Source: Ardenticatenales bacterium
GTDB lineage: Bacteria > Chloroflexota > Anaerolineae > Epilineales > Epilineaceae
Reading direction: 5' to 3'
DNA: 64,000 nucleotides
Assembly (NCBI GenBank): GCA_020853525.1
Contig: JADYYS010000050.1
Location: 18,672-82,671 of the forward strand
The first letter of the stretch is position 1; each line of letters starts with the position of its first letter. The notes under the pieces are model-generated. The model was given only the letters and a program-made list of their open reading frames with translations, did no database searches and was not told the origin of the DNA. The position numbers were made by a program, and so were the translations under genes. Below are positions 1 to 8,182 of the stretch, piece by piece.

Positions 1-1310
1 CAGGTGTAGTTGCCGTACAGGCCGCGCGTATCGTAGCCGGCCAGGAAGTCCGCCACCCGCCCCCGTCCCTCGCGGCCGAGGTGGGCCGGAAAGACGAAGA
101 AGCGATCGAGCACGTCGACCGGCGCCCGCCGCACGGCTTCGGCCACGATGTGCCGGTTCACGGCGCCCGGCACGAGCCGCCGATAGCGCTCGGTCCACAG
201 AAGCACCTTGTGGAAGCTGTAGCCGCCGAACAGCTCGTCCGCCCCCTCGCCGGCGAGCACGACCTTGACATGACGGCGCGTTTCCTGGGCCAGCAGGTAG
301 TAGGCCAGGATCAGCGCGTCACCGATCGGGCGCTCGAGGTGCCAGATCATCTTGGGCAACAGGTCGAAGTGCTCGGGCCGGCAGATGATCTCGGTGTGCT
401 GGGTTCCCAGCCGATCGGCCAACGCCCGCGCTTGGCCGGTCTCGTCGGTTGCCGTCCCGAACCCGAGGGCGAACGTGCGGACGGTCCCGCCCAGCCGCGC
501 CATCTCGGCCACGATCGCGCTCGAGTCGACGCCGCCGCTCAGGTAGGCTCCGACGGGCACGTCGCTGACGAGGTGGCTGCGCACAGCGCGCGTGAAGCCC
601 TCGTCGAATGCCTCGAGGGCCTCGGCATCCGGCACGTACGGGCCCGTCGTCAGCGGCACGTCCCACCACCGCCTGATCTCGAGCCGGCCGTCCTTCAGGC
701 GCAGGTAGTGCGCCGCGGGCAGGACGTGGATGCCCTCGAAGAGCGTGGCCGGGTTCGGGACGTAGCGCAACGCCAGGAACGCGTCGATTCCGGCCGGATC
801 CACGCGGCGGGGTACGTGGGTGCTTTGCAGGATCGCCTTGATCTCGGAGCCGAAAACGAGCCGCCCGTCCTGCCAGTGGTAGTAGAGCGGCTTCATGCCC
901 ACCCGGTCGCGCACGAGCGTCAGCGAATCGTCCCGACGGTCGTGGACCGCGAAGGCGAACATCCCGTGCAGTCGGGGCAGGCACTGGAGGCCGTCGTCTT
1001 CCCAGGCATGGACGATGACCTCGGTGTCGCAGCGCGATGCAAATCGGTGGCCGCGCTCGGTCAGCTCGGCCATCAGGGGTCGGTGGTTGTAGATCTCGCC
1101 GTTGTAGACGACGACGACGGACCCGTCCTCGCTCACCGCCGGCTGTCGGCCGCCGGCCAGATCGATGATCGCCAGGCGGCGCATGCCCAGGTGGACGCTC
1201 CCACCGTCGTGGAAGCCGTCGTCGTCCGGCCCGCGGTGGCGGATGGCATCGCCCATGCGTGCCAGCGCACCCGGTTCATCGAAGCCGGCGAAGCCGAAGA
1301 TGCCGCACAC
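1..1310 (-). CDS. asnB: Asparagine synthase (glutamine-hydrolysing), N-terminal ~436 aa. The gene runs off the left edge of the window, so the C-terminus is missing. GTG start at 1310 gives MCGIFGF..., the class-II amidotransferase N-terminal Cys.
   Basis: Reverse-complement translation reads MCGIFGFAGFDEP...GPDDDGFH...MRRLAIIDL...YNGEIYNH...SGGVDSS(AIVAEMARL). Both the glutamine amidotransferase and PP-loop synthetase motifs are recognisable. It is absent from the ORF track because no stop codon lies inside the window. The + ORF 81..1319 is its antisense artefact. Confidence 0.85.
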   Translation of the reverse strand, partial: MCGIFGFAGFDEPGALARMGDAIRHRGPDDDGFHDGGSVHLGMRRLAIIDLAGGRQPAVSEDGSVVVVYNGEIYNHRPLMAELTERGHRFASRCDTEVIVHAWEDDGLQCLPRLHGMFAFAVHDRRDDSLTLVRDRVGMKPLYYHWQDGRLVFGSEIKAILQSTHVPRRVDPAGIDAFLALRYVPNPATLFEGIHVLPAAHYLRLKDGRLEIRRWWDVPLTTGPYVPDAEALEAFDEGFTRAVRSHLVSDVPVGAYLSGGVDSSAIVAEMARLGGTVRTFALGFGTATDETGQARALADRLGTQHTEIICRPEHFDLLPKMIWHLERPIGDALILAYYLLAQETRRHVKVVLAGEGADELFGGYSFHKVLLWTERYRRLVPGAVNRHIVAEAVRRAPVDVLDRFFVFPAHLGREGRGRVADFLAGYDTRGLYGNYT

Positions 1311-1319
1311 GATGCCTAG

Positions 1320-1470
1320 TACCCCACCACTGCAGATTCTCCGGGTTCCGTAACTCTGGTAGCCATCACGAGCATGTTCAGTGGTGGGGTACTAGTACAG
1401 CACCACTGTAGATTCTTGGGACTCCCCAATCTGGTCGCCGCCCAAGGCATGTTCAGTGGTGGTGTACTAG
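1320..1470. repeat. Two tandem copies of a ~75-bp palindromic repeat unit (A 1320-1395 diverged, B 1396-1470). Each unit is bounded by 13-bp terminal inverted repeats TAC(a/c)(g/c)CACCACTG ... CAGTGG(t/a)GG(g/t)GTA and ends in CTAG.
   Basis: Read directly from the sequence. Copy B carries a nested inner stem CTTGGG/CCCAAG. A third copy at 46161-46235 differs from B at only 2 of 75 positions. Confidence 0.7.
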
Positions 1471-4400
1471 CGCCGAACCAGCGCCCAGGGGATGAACCGC
1501 ACGCTCAGCTCGCTTGCGCCGATGCCCGGCGATCCGCCGCTCCGCAGAGCGAACCACGACCGCGGGTCGTTGCCCCACCCGGCCGGGAACCGTCGCTCGA
1601 GCGAGGCACCGGTCTGGAACAGCGGAATCTGCCATGGAAGTGCGGAGCGCCACGCCACGCCGTCCACCCGCACCCACGGTCCGAGGAGCGGATCGGCGGT
1701 GCGGCCGGCGCGCGGGCGACCGAGCACCACGGCGCCGCTGTCGGCCGCGACCCGCCCGGCCCACGGGCCGAACAGCGGCACGCCGTCAGGGACGGTCGGG
1801 GCGGCGGCATGGTCGAACGGGTCGACAGCCGCGACGACCGCAAACCCGTTCGCGCTCAACCGTGCGCCCGCGGGAAACACGAACCGGACCTCACCGATCA
1901 ACCCCCATGGCCCGGTGCCGGACGCCGGATCGCCGCCGAGATCGATCGGGCGATCGGTGAGGTTGCGCAGCTCGATCCACGCCGAGCGACCCTTGGGGGG
2001 CGCCGCCAGCATCTCGCTGATGATCACCGGTCCGATCGCGGGCGGCGCGTTCGGCGCGCCCGTACCGGTGCGGAACGCGTCGACATCCGCCGGGTCCGCC
2101 ACGCCGAACGTCGGCCCTGCCAGCGCGGCAACGTCAAGGCCGCCCGGATGGCGATGCGGCCCGAACGACGTGCCGCCGTCCGCCGCGCCGCACGTCAGGC
2201 GCTGCACGAAACCCGTCGGACGACCGGCAGCGTCCGCGGACGAGAGATAGACCGGCTCGCCGTCGCTGTCGAGCCCGAACGCGGTTGCGGCAGGCGCGAG
2301 CGCTTTGAAGTCGCGCTCGTAGATCACGCTGAAGCCGCCGGCCGGGATCGCCAACGGCGCCGGGAGGCGGTACTTCTGGAGCGCGCCGCGGTCATCGGAC
2401 AGGTACCAGCCGCCGATGTCGACGGGTGCGGCCGACGGGTTCGCGAGCTCGACGGCGTCCTCGTATGGCGCGTCACCGGCGCACATCACCTCGGAGAGCG
2501 TGATCCGGCCGTCCCACGGCGGGGCGGGGTCGTCGCGTCCGGGAGAGCCGCCGGAGGCGCGGCTGGCGCGCCACGCCAGCGGGTCGGTCGCGTCGATCGG
2601 GTCGGCGCCCGGGTCGACATCGCGCAGCACGAGGGAGAAGCCGTGGCCGTCCGGGCCGAGCGGCCAGAGATCGCCCTCACGATACGTGACGTCGGCCAGC
2701 ATCTCGCCGCGCGCGTCGAGGAGCGTGATCCGTTCGCCGCCGTCGGCGAGGCGCCCGGTGAACAAGGCGTCGGGCGCGAAGCCGTAGCGCGCCGCGAAGG
2801 CGCTGGAGTTGCGCGCCAGGATGAGCGGCCGGGCGGCGGTCAACCGGGTGGCGGCCGGCAGCGTGGCGGTGATGCCGTGGGTGAACGTCGCACCCGACAG
2901 GTCGACCGGTGTCGTGCCGGCACCGTGCGGCACCGCCAGCTCCACGAACTCCTCGTCGTCGCCCGCTACCGGGTGGTAGTGGATCTCGGAGATCGCGACG
3001 CGCGGCCGGCTGTAGGTCGCATCGGCCATGGCGCTCCACCTGCCGTCCGGCGTCCGCTGGCGGGCGCGCAGGCGCGTGTAGCGGTCACCGATCCGAATCG
3101 CCCGGTCGTAGGGCAAGGCGCTCGGCGACGGATTGGTGGTGTTGGGAGTGCGCGGATCCGTGCCGTCCGTTGTGAACCAGATCGTGCCGTCGGTGGCCTG
3201 GTCGGCACAACCTTGGTCCAGGAGACCAACCGACACCATGCTCACGGACTTGCCGTTGCCGCCGGGCGGGGAGAACCGCGGGCTCGCGACGGCCGGGTAG
3301 AGTCCCTCGGCGCACAGTTGGGCCAACACGTCGGCGGTGCGGCTCGGGTAGAGGTCGCGCAGCAGCCGGTCCCGCTCGGGACGCCAATGGTCGTCGCGGT
3401 TCTGGGGGCGGTTCAGCTTGGCGTTGTCCAGCATCGCGAAGCGGACGAAGCGCCAGTTCTCGCTGCGCGTGCGCTCCTGCCATGGCCCATCCCCCCAGCG
3501 CGCGCTCTCGCCGACGATCGCCCGCTCGATCTCGCCCGCGACGGCGACATACCGCGCGGCAGCGGCGGTCGGCGTCAGGGCGCCGGCCTCGAAGAACTGG
3601 CGGCGGACCCGATCGGCGAACAGCAGGCGGTACTCGGCGCTGCCTTCCGAAAGCCATCGGTGGAGCCCGGCCACACCGTCCAGGTCGATGGTTCGGCCGC
3701 AGCGCTGCGGCTTGCCGATGCAGGTGTCGATATCGAGGCGGTCGTTGCACGGTCCGCAGTAGGTCTCGCCCGGGCTCTGCCGCAGGCCGAGGCTGTGCTC
3801 GATGTCCCAGACGAAGAACTGGAACGGGCCGCCGAGCACGCGGTTGCGGGCGGCGATGAAGTTGTTCGTCGGCCAGTCCCAATTGTCGGCGTAGAGCTCG
3901 AGCAGCGTGTAGTCGGCGTGCTGCGGCAAGTCCATGAGCTGGGCGACCCGGCCGTAGGTGGCCCTGTCGATCTCGACGCCGGCCGGGATGGAGTCGCGGA
4001 CCGCCAGCAGTGCCTTCCAGGCCGCATCGTCGCCGTCCCCGAGATCGTACGCATCGCGATCGCGGAGCGTATCGTGCGCACGGATGACGTCCCAGTTGCC
4101 TTCCTTCCCGCCGAGGTGCGCGGCCATGAAGTCGGCGTCGAGCTCCTCCGTCAGGTTGTAGAGGCCCCAATAGAGCCCGTCGAGGTAGAGATGGACCCAC
4201 GTGCCGCGCGCGCCGGCCCAGCCCATGTCCCGCTGCGTGCGCCGGCCCCACTCGTCGTGGACGTACTGGGCCTTGCCCGGGAAGTAGATGAACGTGTCGG
4301 CCTGGCCGCCGCGCAACCTGAGACTGTCGAAGCGGGCCGGCAGGTCCGGCTGGCCGTCGGGGCCGACGAAGACCGGGTAGTCCAGCTGGCTTGGCCCGTA

Positions 4401-5261
4401 CATGCTGCGAAAACGGACGGAGAACGAGTGCTTGAGCGTCGTATCGGGCTTGCGGCTCCAGCCGCCGGCGATCCGCACGCCCGCGTCCACCTGAAAGCCG
4501 GGGCGTCCGTCGGTGCGCAACATCTCGATGGATGCCGGCCGCTCCCACGCCGTGCCGCGCTCGAGCGGGTGGCTGTAGATGCCGCTGTCGGGATCGAACA
4601 GGTGGTCCGGGTCCGTGACGATCGAAACGCTCGGGATGGCCTTCAGGTCATCGATGATCTCTGCCGCATACCGCGGGTCGTCGACGACGCGGCCATCGAC
4701 GGCGTAATCGGCCGGCACGGGTCGACCTTTCTCGGTGCCCTCGGGATAGGCGCCCCAGGTGGCCGGGAAGCCGGGCGCGCTCACCCCTTGGCGGACGCGG
4801 TCGGCCAGGAAGAGAAAGGTGTGCGTCGCCACGGGCGACGGCGTCCAGCCCGACCGGAATGCCGCGGCGCGCACCGTCGTCGTGCGCTCGATGTGCAACG
4901 GGCCGTCGGCGGTCGCACCATGTTCGAGCGACGGCGGGCTGCCGTCCGTCGTGTAACGGACGATCGCGTCGCGAAGGGGGCTGTGGATGGTGAGATCGAA
5001 CGGTGCGTCGAAGTAACCGCGCTCGACCGAGAAGACGACCGGCGGCACGTCGTGGAGATCGTGGTTGCGCCCGGTGTACGGCAGGTAGATCGCGCCGCTG
5101 CCCGCGGCGGCCGCCGTCGACAGGATCGCCGCGCCGGCGGCAGCTGCAACGAGCAGCAGTGCCACCGGGACGGCGCGGATACGGGCGATCGAACGGCGCA
5201 TGGCGATTGGGCGGCCCTTCCTCCACCCTGGCCGGCGGTTCCCCTGCCCGGCCGAGGGCAT
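1467..5261 (-). CDS. Secreted CotH kinase-family protein with a CHB_HEX_C-like domain and at least two lamin-tail (LTD) domains.
   Basis: N-terminal signal-like segment MRRSIARIRAVPVALLLVAAAAG (an alternative start at 5201 is possible). The chitobiase-C-like motif AIVRYTTDGSPPS is present. The CotH core reads YLDGLYWGLYNLTEELDADFMAAHLG...NWDW. The LTD signatures are ISEIHYHP...EFVEL and ISEMLAAP...AWIELRN. Confidence 0.8.
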   Translation of the reverse strand: MPSAGQGNRRPGWRKGRPIAMRRSIARIRAVPVALLLVAAAAGAAILSTAAAAGSGAIYLPYTGRNHDLHDVPPVVFSVERGYFDAPFDLTIHSPLRDAIVRYTTDGSPPSLEHGATADGPLHIERTTTVRAAAFRSGWTPSPVATHTFLFLADRVRQGVSAPGFPATWGAYPEGTEKGRPVPADYAVDGRVVDDPRYAAEIIDDLKAIPSVSIVTDPDHLFDPDSGIYSHPLERGTAWERPASIEMLRTDGRPGFQVDAGVRIAGGWSRKPDTTLKHSFSVRFRSMYGPSQLDYPVFVGPDGQPDLPARFDSLRLRGGQADTFIYFPGKAQYVHDEWGRRTQRDMGWAGARGTWVHLYLDGLYWGLYNLTEELDADFMAAHLGGKEGNWDVIRAHDTLRDRDAYDLGDGDDAAWKALLAVRDSIPAGVEIDRATYGRVAQLMDLPQHADYTLLELYADNWDWPTNNFIAARNRVLGGPFQFFVWDIEHSLGLRQSPGETYCGPCNDRLDIDTCIGKPQRCGRTIDLDGVAGLHRWLSEGSAEYRLLFADRVRRQFFEAGALTPTAAAARYVAVAGEIERAIVGESARWGDGPWQERTRSENWRFVRFAMLDNAKLNRPQNRDDHWRPERDRLLRDLYPSRTADVLAQLCAEGLYPAVASPRFSPPGGNGKSVSMVSVGLLDQGCADQATDGTIWFTTDGTDPRTPNTTNPSPSALPYDRAIRIGDRYTRLRARQRTPDGRWSAMADATYSRPRVAISEIHYHPVAGDDEEFVELAVPHGAGTTPVDLSGATFTHGITATLPAATRLTAARPLILARNSSAFAARYGFAPDALFTGRLADGGERITLLDARGEMLADVTYREGDLWPLGPDGHGFSLVLRDVDPGADPIDATDPLAWRASRASGGSPGRDDPAPPWDGRITLSEVMCAGDAPYEDAVELANPSAAPVDIGGWYLSDDRGALQKYRLPAPLAIPAGGFSVIYERDFKALAPAATAFGLDSDGEPVYLSSADAAGRPTGFVQRLTCGAADGGTSFGPHRHPGGLDVAALAGPTFGVADPADVDAFRTGTGAPNAPPAIGPVIISEMLAAPPKGRSAWIELRNLTDRPIDLGGDPASGTGPWGLIGEVRFVFPAGARLSANGFAVVAAVDPFDHAAAPTVPDGVPLFGPWAGRVAADSGAVVLGRPRAGRTADPLLGPWVRVDGVAWRSALPWQIPLFQTGASLERRFPAGWGNDPRSWFALRSGGSPGIGASELSVRFIPWALVRR

Positions 5262-5359
5262 TGTACCGTATGGCCGGCAGCACGAATCGCGGTGTTAGGG
5301 CAATGACAGCGCACGGCCGACCGGGGTGTCGGCGGATCCCGGAAAACGGGCGTCTCCCT

Positions 5360-5375
5360 CTCGCGACGTCGCGAG
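5360..5375. promoter_or_regulatory. Perfect 16-bp palindrome CTCGCGACGTCGCGAG, overlapping GTCTAGAC, in the divergent CotH / VTC intergenic region. A second inverted repeat GCGCAT-aac-ATGCGC lies at 5397-5411. Candidate operator sites.
   Basis: Seen in the sequence. The position between two divergently transcribed genes is the only argument for regulatory function. Confidence 0.35.
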
Positions 5376-5506
5376 TCTAGACAGCTGGGGCCCGCGGCGC
5401 ATAACATGCGCTTAACATCCCAATCCTTTCGCGGCCGTGCGTCGTATCTACGATCACACCACCGCTTCGCAGCCGCATCCGGCAGCTGCGCCCAGTTGGT
5501 CAGGTC

Positions 5507-6358
5507 ATGGAAGCCCGCCCGGAAGTCAACCGGTTCGACCGACTAGAGATGAAGTACGTGCTCGACGCGCACCAGCGCCGCGCGATCGAGTCCGTCATCC
5601 GCGCGCGCCTGTCGCCTGACCCGTATGGCGATGCCGAGGGCTGCTACCCGATCATCAGCCTTTATCTGGACGACGCCGAGCTGTCGGCCTTCTGGGACCG
5701 CGAGCGCGGCCTCGCCTCGCGCCGCAAGCTGCGGGCGCGGATCTACGGCGGCGCCGGCACCCGCGCGGCCCCGACGTGCTTCGTCGAGATCAAGCACAAG
5801 TACGGCCGGCGCACCGCCAAGCGCCGGATCGCCTTGCCGGTGGCCGACGCGATGGCGCTCGTCGGCGGTGCGCCGCCGCCGGCCGCGTCGACGCGGATGT
5901 CGACCCTGACGGCACGTGAGACGCTCGTCGTGCTCGAAGCGCAGAAGATGGTCCGCGACCTCCGGCTCGCCCCGCGCTGCATCGTGCGCTACGACCGCCA
6001 CGCCTACCTCGGCGCCGCGGACGCGCCCGACCTGCGGATCACGTTCGACCGCAGCGTGCGCGCCCGCGCCCGCGACCTCGTGCTCCGGACGGACGATGAC
6101 GACTTCGACGTCGATCTCCTGCCGGAGGGCGCCTCGGTCCTCGAGATCAAGGTGGATCACGTCGCACCGTGGTGGCTGGCGTCGGCGGTGGCCGCGCTCG
6201 GCCCAACGGGCCACGCGATCAGCAAGTACGCGCTGGCGGCCGAGAAGCTGCTCGTGCCCACATTCCTCGCCGAATCGCGCGCGGCCGAACGGGCCGCGCC
6301 CGCCCCTTCACGCAACGGACGGACGGCCCATGGACATGCTCAACCAGCTCTTCGGTGA
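5507..6358 (+). CDS. VTC-domain protein (polyphosphate-polymerase-like / CYTH-like domain).
   Basis: Motifs EMKYVL, ISLYLDD, RKLRARIY, FVEIKHKYGRRTAKRRIALP and LEIKV match the VTC family pattern. The 3' end overlaps the start of the next ORF by 29 bp, suggesting translational coupling. Confidence 0.75.
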   Translation: MEARPEVNRFDRLEMKYVLDAHQRRAIESVIRARLSPDPYGDAEGCYPIISLYLDDAELSAFWDRERGLASRRKLRARIYGGAGTRAAPTCFVEIKHKYGRRTAKRRIALPVADAMALVGGAPPPAASTRMSTLTARETLVVLEAQKMVRDLRLAPRCIVRYDRHAYLGAADAPDLRITFDRSVRARARDLVLRTDDDDFDVDLLPEGASVLEIKVDHVAPWWLASAVAALGPTGHAISKYALAAEKLLVPTFLAESRAAERAAPAPSRNGRTAHGHAQPALR

Positions 6359-7049
6359 CTTGCTCCTGCCGCCGGCCGCAGGCGACGCGGTCACGCTCGT
6401 GCAGCTGATGACCGCGCTCGGGCTGTGCTGCGTGCTGATGGTCATCATCGGCTTTGTCTACCAGCGGACGCACCGCGGCACCCTCTACACCCAGGACTTC
6501 GTCCACGCGCTCATCGTCATGGGGGTCGTCGTGACCGCGGTCATCATGGGCATCGGCCAGAGCCCGGTGGCGGCGTTCGGCATCTTCGCCGCGTTCTCGA
6601 TCATCCGCTTCCGGCGCGCGCTGCCCCAAACGCGGGACGTCGCCTTCATCTTCCTGGCGATGGCGATCGGCGTGGCGTGCGGTGCGCACCAGTACGCGCT
6701 GGCCGTTCTGACGACGCTGCTCGTCAGCATCATCGTCGTGGCCCTCGCCACCCTCAACATGTTCGCGCCGGTGCGGCCAAGCCACTTGCTGCGGCTGCGG
6801 GTGCCGCCCGAGGTCGACTTCGACGCAGCGTTCGCCGATGTCTTCCACCGCTTCCTCGACCGCATCCACCTCCAGTCCGTCGAGTCGGTCCAGGCCGGGA
6901 TGCTGACCGAGCTGCGCTACGCCGTCCGCCTGCGCGCCGACGCCCGTCCGCACGACCTCGTCCTCGCGCTGCAGCAAGCGAACGGCAACAACCGCGTCAT
7001 CCTCACGACGGCGGTCTTCGACGGGGACGGCGGCGCGGACGACGACTGA
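6330..7049 (+). CDS. DUF4956-family integral membrane protein. This is the usual genomic partner of bacterial VTC-domain proteins.
   Basis: MDMLNQLFGDLL... followed by hydrophobic helices and the conserved segment FSIIRFRRALPQTRDVAFIFLAMAIGVACG. The call is from pattern recognition, not a search. Confidence 0.7.
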   Translation: MDMLNQLFGDLLLPPAAGDAVTLVQLMTALGLCCVLMVIIGFVYQRTHRGTLYTQDFVHALIVMGVVVTAVIMGIGQSPVAAFGIFAAFSIIRFRRALPQTRDVAFIFLAMAIGVACGAHQYALAVLTTLLVSIIVVALATLNMFAPVRPSHLLRLRVPPEVDFDAAFADVFHRFLDRIHLQSVESVQAGMLTELRYAVRLRADARPHDLVLALQQANGNNRVILTTAVFDGDGGADDD

Positions 7050-7058
7050 CGCGGACGA

Positions 7059-7079
7059 CGACTGAAAGGGCACGGTAAC
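7059..7079. terminator. Hairpin GGGCACGG-taacg-CCGTGCCC between convergent genes. Likely a bidirectional terminator.
   Basis: Perfect 8-bp stem seen in the sequence. Confidence 0.45.
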
Positions 7080-7088
7080 GCCGTGCCC

Positions 7089-8162
7089 CTACCCGAGGAT
7101 CCCGTCGTCCGACCGTGATCGCACCTCCCGCAACCACGCGTACATCAGGATCCCCCCCGCCACCGCCACGTTCAGCGACTCCGCCCGCCCGACGATCGGC
7201 AGCCGCACACGCGCCGCCGCGAGGCCGTCGATGTCCGGCGACAGGCCGCGCGCCTCGTTGCCGAGGACGAGCGCGACGCCGGGCACGCCGGCGCTCCCAA
7301 CACCTTCGCTCCCAACGCCCCCGCTCCCCATGCCCCCGCTCCCCGGTCCGAACACGCCGGCCCCCCACAGCTCGCCCCCGTGCGCGTCCGCCCCGACGAC
7401 GCGATACCCCGCCCCGCGGAGCCACGCCGCGAGCGCGTCGGCGTCGCTCGCCCAGCCGAGCGGCAGCGTGAACAGCGAGCCCATGCTGCCCCGCACCGCC
7501 CGCGGGTCGAACGGGTCGACGCACGGCTCGACGAGGATGACGGCGTCGGCGCCGGCGGCGTCGGCGGTGCGGATGAGCGTGCCGAGGTTGCCGGGGTCCT
7601 GCAGGCGATCGAGCACGAGGACGAGGCCGGGCGCGCCCGGACGGGGCACGAGGCCCTCGGCTTGGCGTCGGGCGATGGCGGCGTCGAATGCCGCTGCATC
7701 GCCATCCGCGCGGCTGCCGGCAGGGGGCAACGCCCAGCCGAACGTGGCGAACGTCGCCACGATGCCCTGCAGCTCGTCCCGCTCGCACAGCGACGCCAGC
7801 ACATCGGCCGTCACGGCGTGCATCCGCGCGCCGGCGCCCGCGAGGCGGTCGGGCAGCGCGCGTGCGGCCGGCGGCGTCGACGGGTCGTCGAGCACGGCCG
7901 GGGCGAAGAAGGCATCGAGCGGGCGGTGGCCGGCCTCGAGCGCCATGTGGAGGAGCTGGAGCCCCTCGACCAGGAACCGCTCCTGCGCGCGCCGGTGCTT
8001 GCGCGCCTCGAGCTTGCGCGCCTCGACGACCGCCGGGTTGCGGCGGCTGGTGACGAGGTCGGTCGCCCGAGGATCCTTCGGCCAAGGTTCCCTCGGCAAG
8101 GGTTCCTTCGGCGAGGGATCCTTCGGCCAAGGATCGGTCGACGCGGTGCGCGGCGTGGACAT
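7089..8162 (-). CDS. SpoU/TrmH-family RNA 2'-O-methyltransferase carrying two low-complexity insertions.
   Basis: SPOUT motifs LVLDRLQDPGNLGTLIRTADAAG, VALVLGNEARGL and SLNVAVAGGILMY are present. The N-terminus contains the repeat PWPKDPSPKEPLPREPWPKDP, encoded by 18-bp DNA repeats at ~8040-8150. A Gly-rich insert GPGSGGMGSGGVGSEGVGSAGVPG is encoded at ~7270-7350. Confidence 0.8.
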   Translation of the reverse strand: MSTPRTASTDPWPKDPSPKEPLPREPWPKDPRATDLVTSRRNPAVVEARKLEARKHRRAQERFLVEGLQLLHMALEAGHRPLDAFFAPAVLDDPSTPPAARALPDRLAGAGARMHAVTADVLASLCERDELQGIVATFATFGWALPPAGSRADGDAAAFDAAIARRQAEGLVPRPGAPGLVLVLDRLQDPGNLGTLIRTADAAGADAVILVEPCVDPFDPRAVRGSMGSLFTLPLGWASDADALAAWLRGAGYRVVGADAHGGELWGAGVFGPGSGGMGSGGVGSEGVGSAGVPGVALVLGNEARGLSPDIDGLAAARVRLPIVGRAESLNVAVAGGILMYAWLREVRSRSDDGILG

Positions 8163-8182
8163 CGGGCGGTACTATACCGGCG

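Noticed and set aside
81-1319. 412-aa + strand ORF
   Set aside because: It is antisense to a clearly recognisable asparagine synthase gene. Arg/Ala/Gly-rich translation is typical of a GC-rich antisense frame.
5916-7049. 377-aa ORF extending the DUF4956 gene upstream
   Set aside because: The N-terminal 138 aa are an alternate frame over the VTC gene. A proper ATG sits at 6330 with the conserved family start MDMLNQ.
8040-8150. Short tandem DNA repeats (also 7270-7350, 38440-38530, 42780-42840) considered as CRISPR or VNTR arrays
   Set aside because: They are in-frame inside coding sequences with no spacer-repeat architecture and encode low-complexity peptide repeats. They are not CRISPR.
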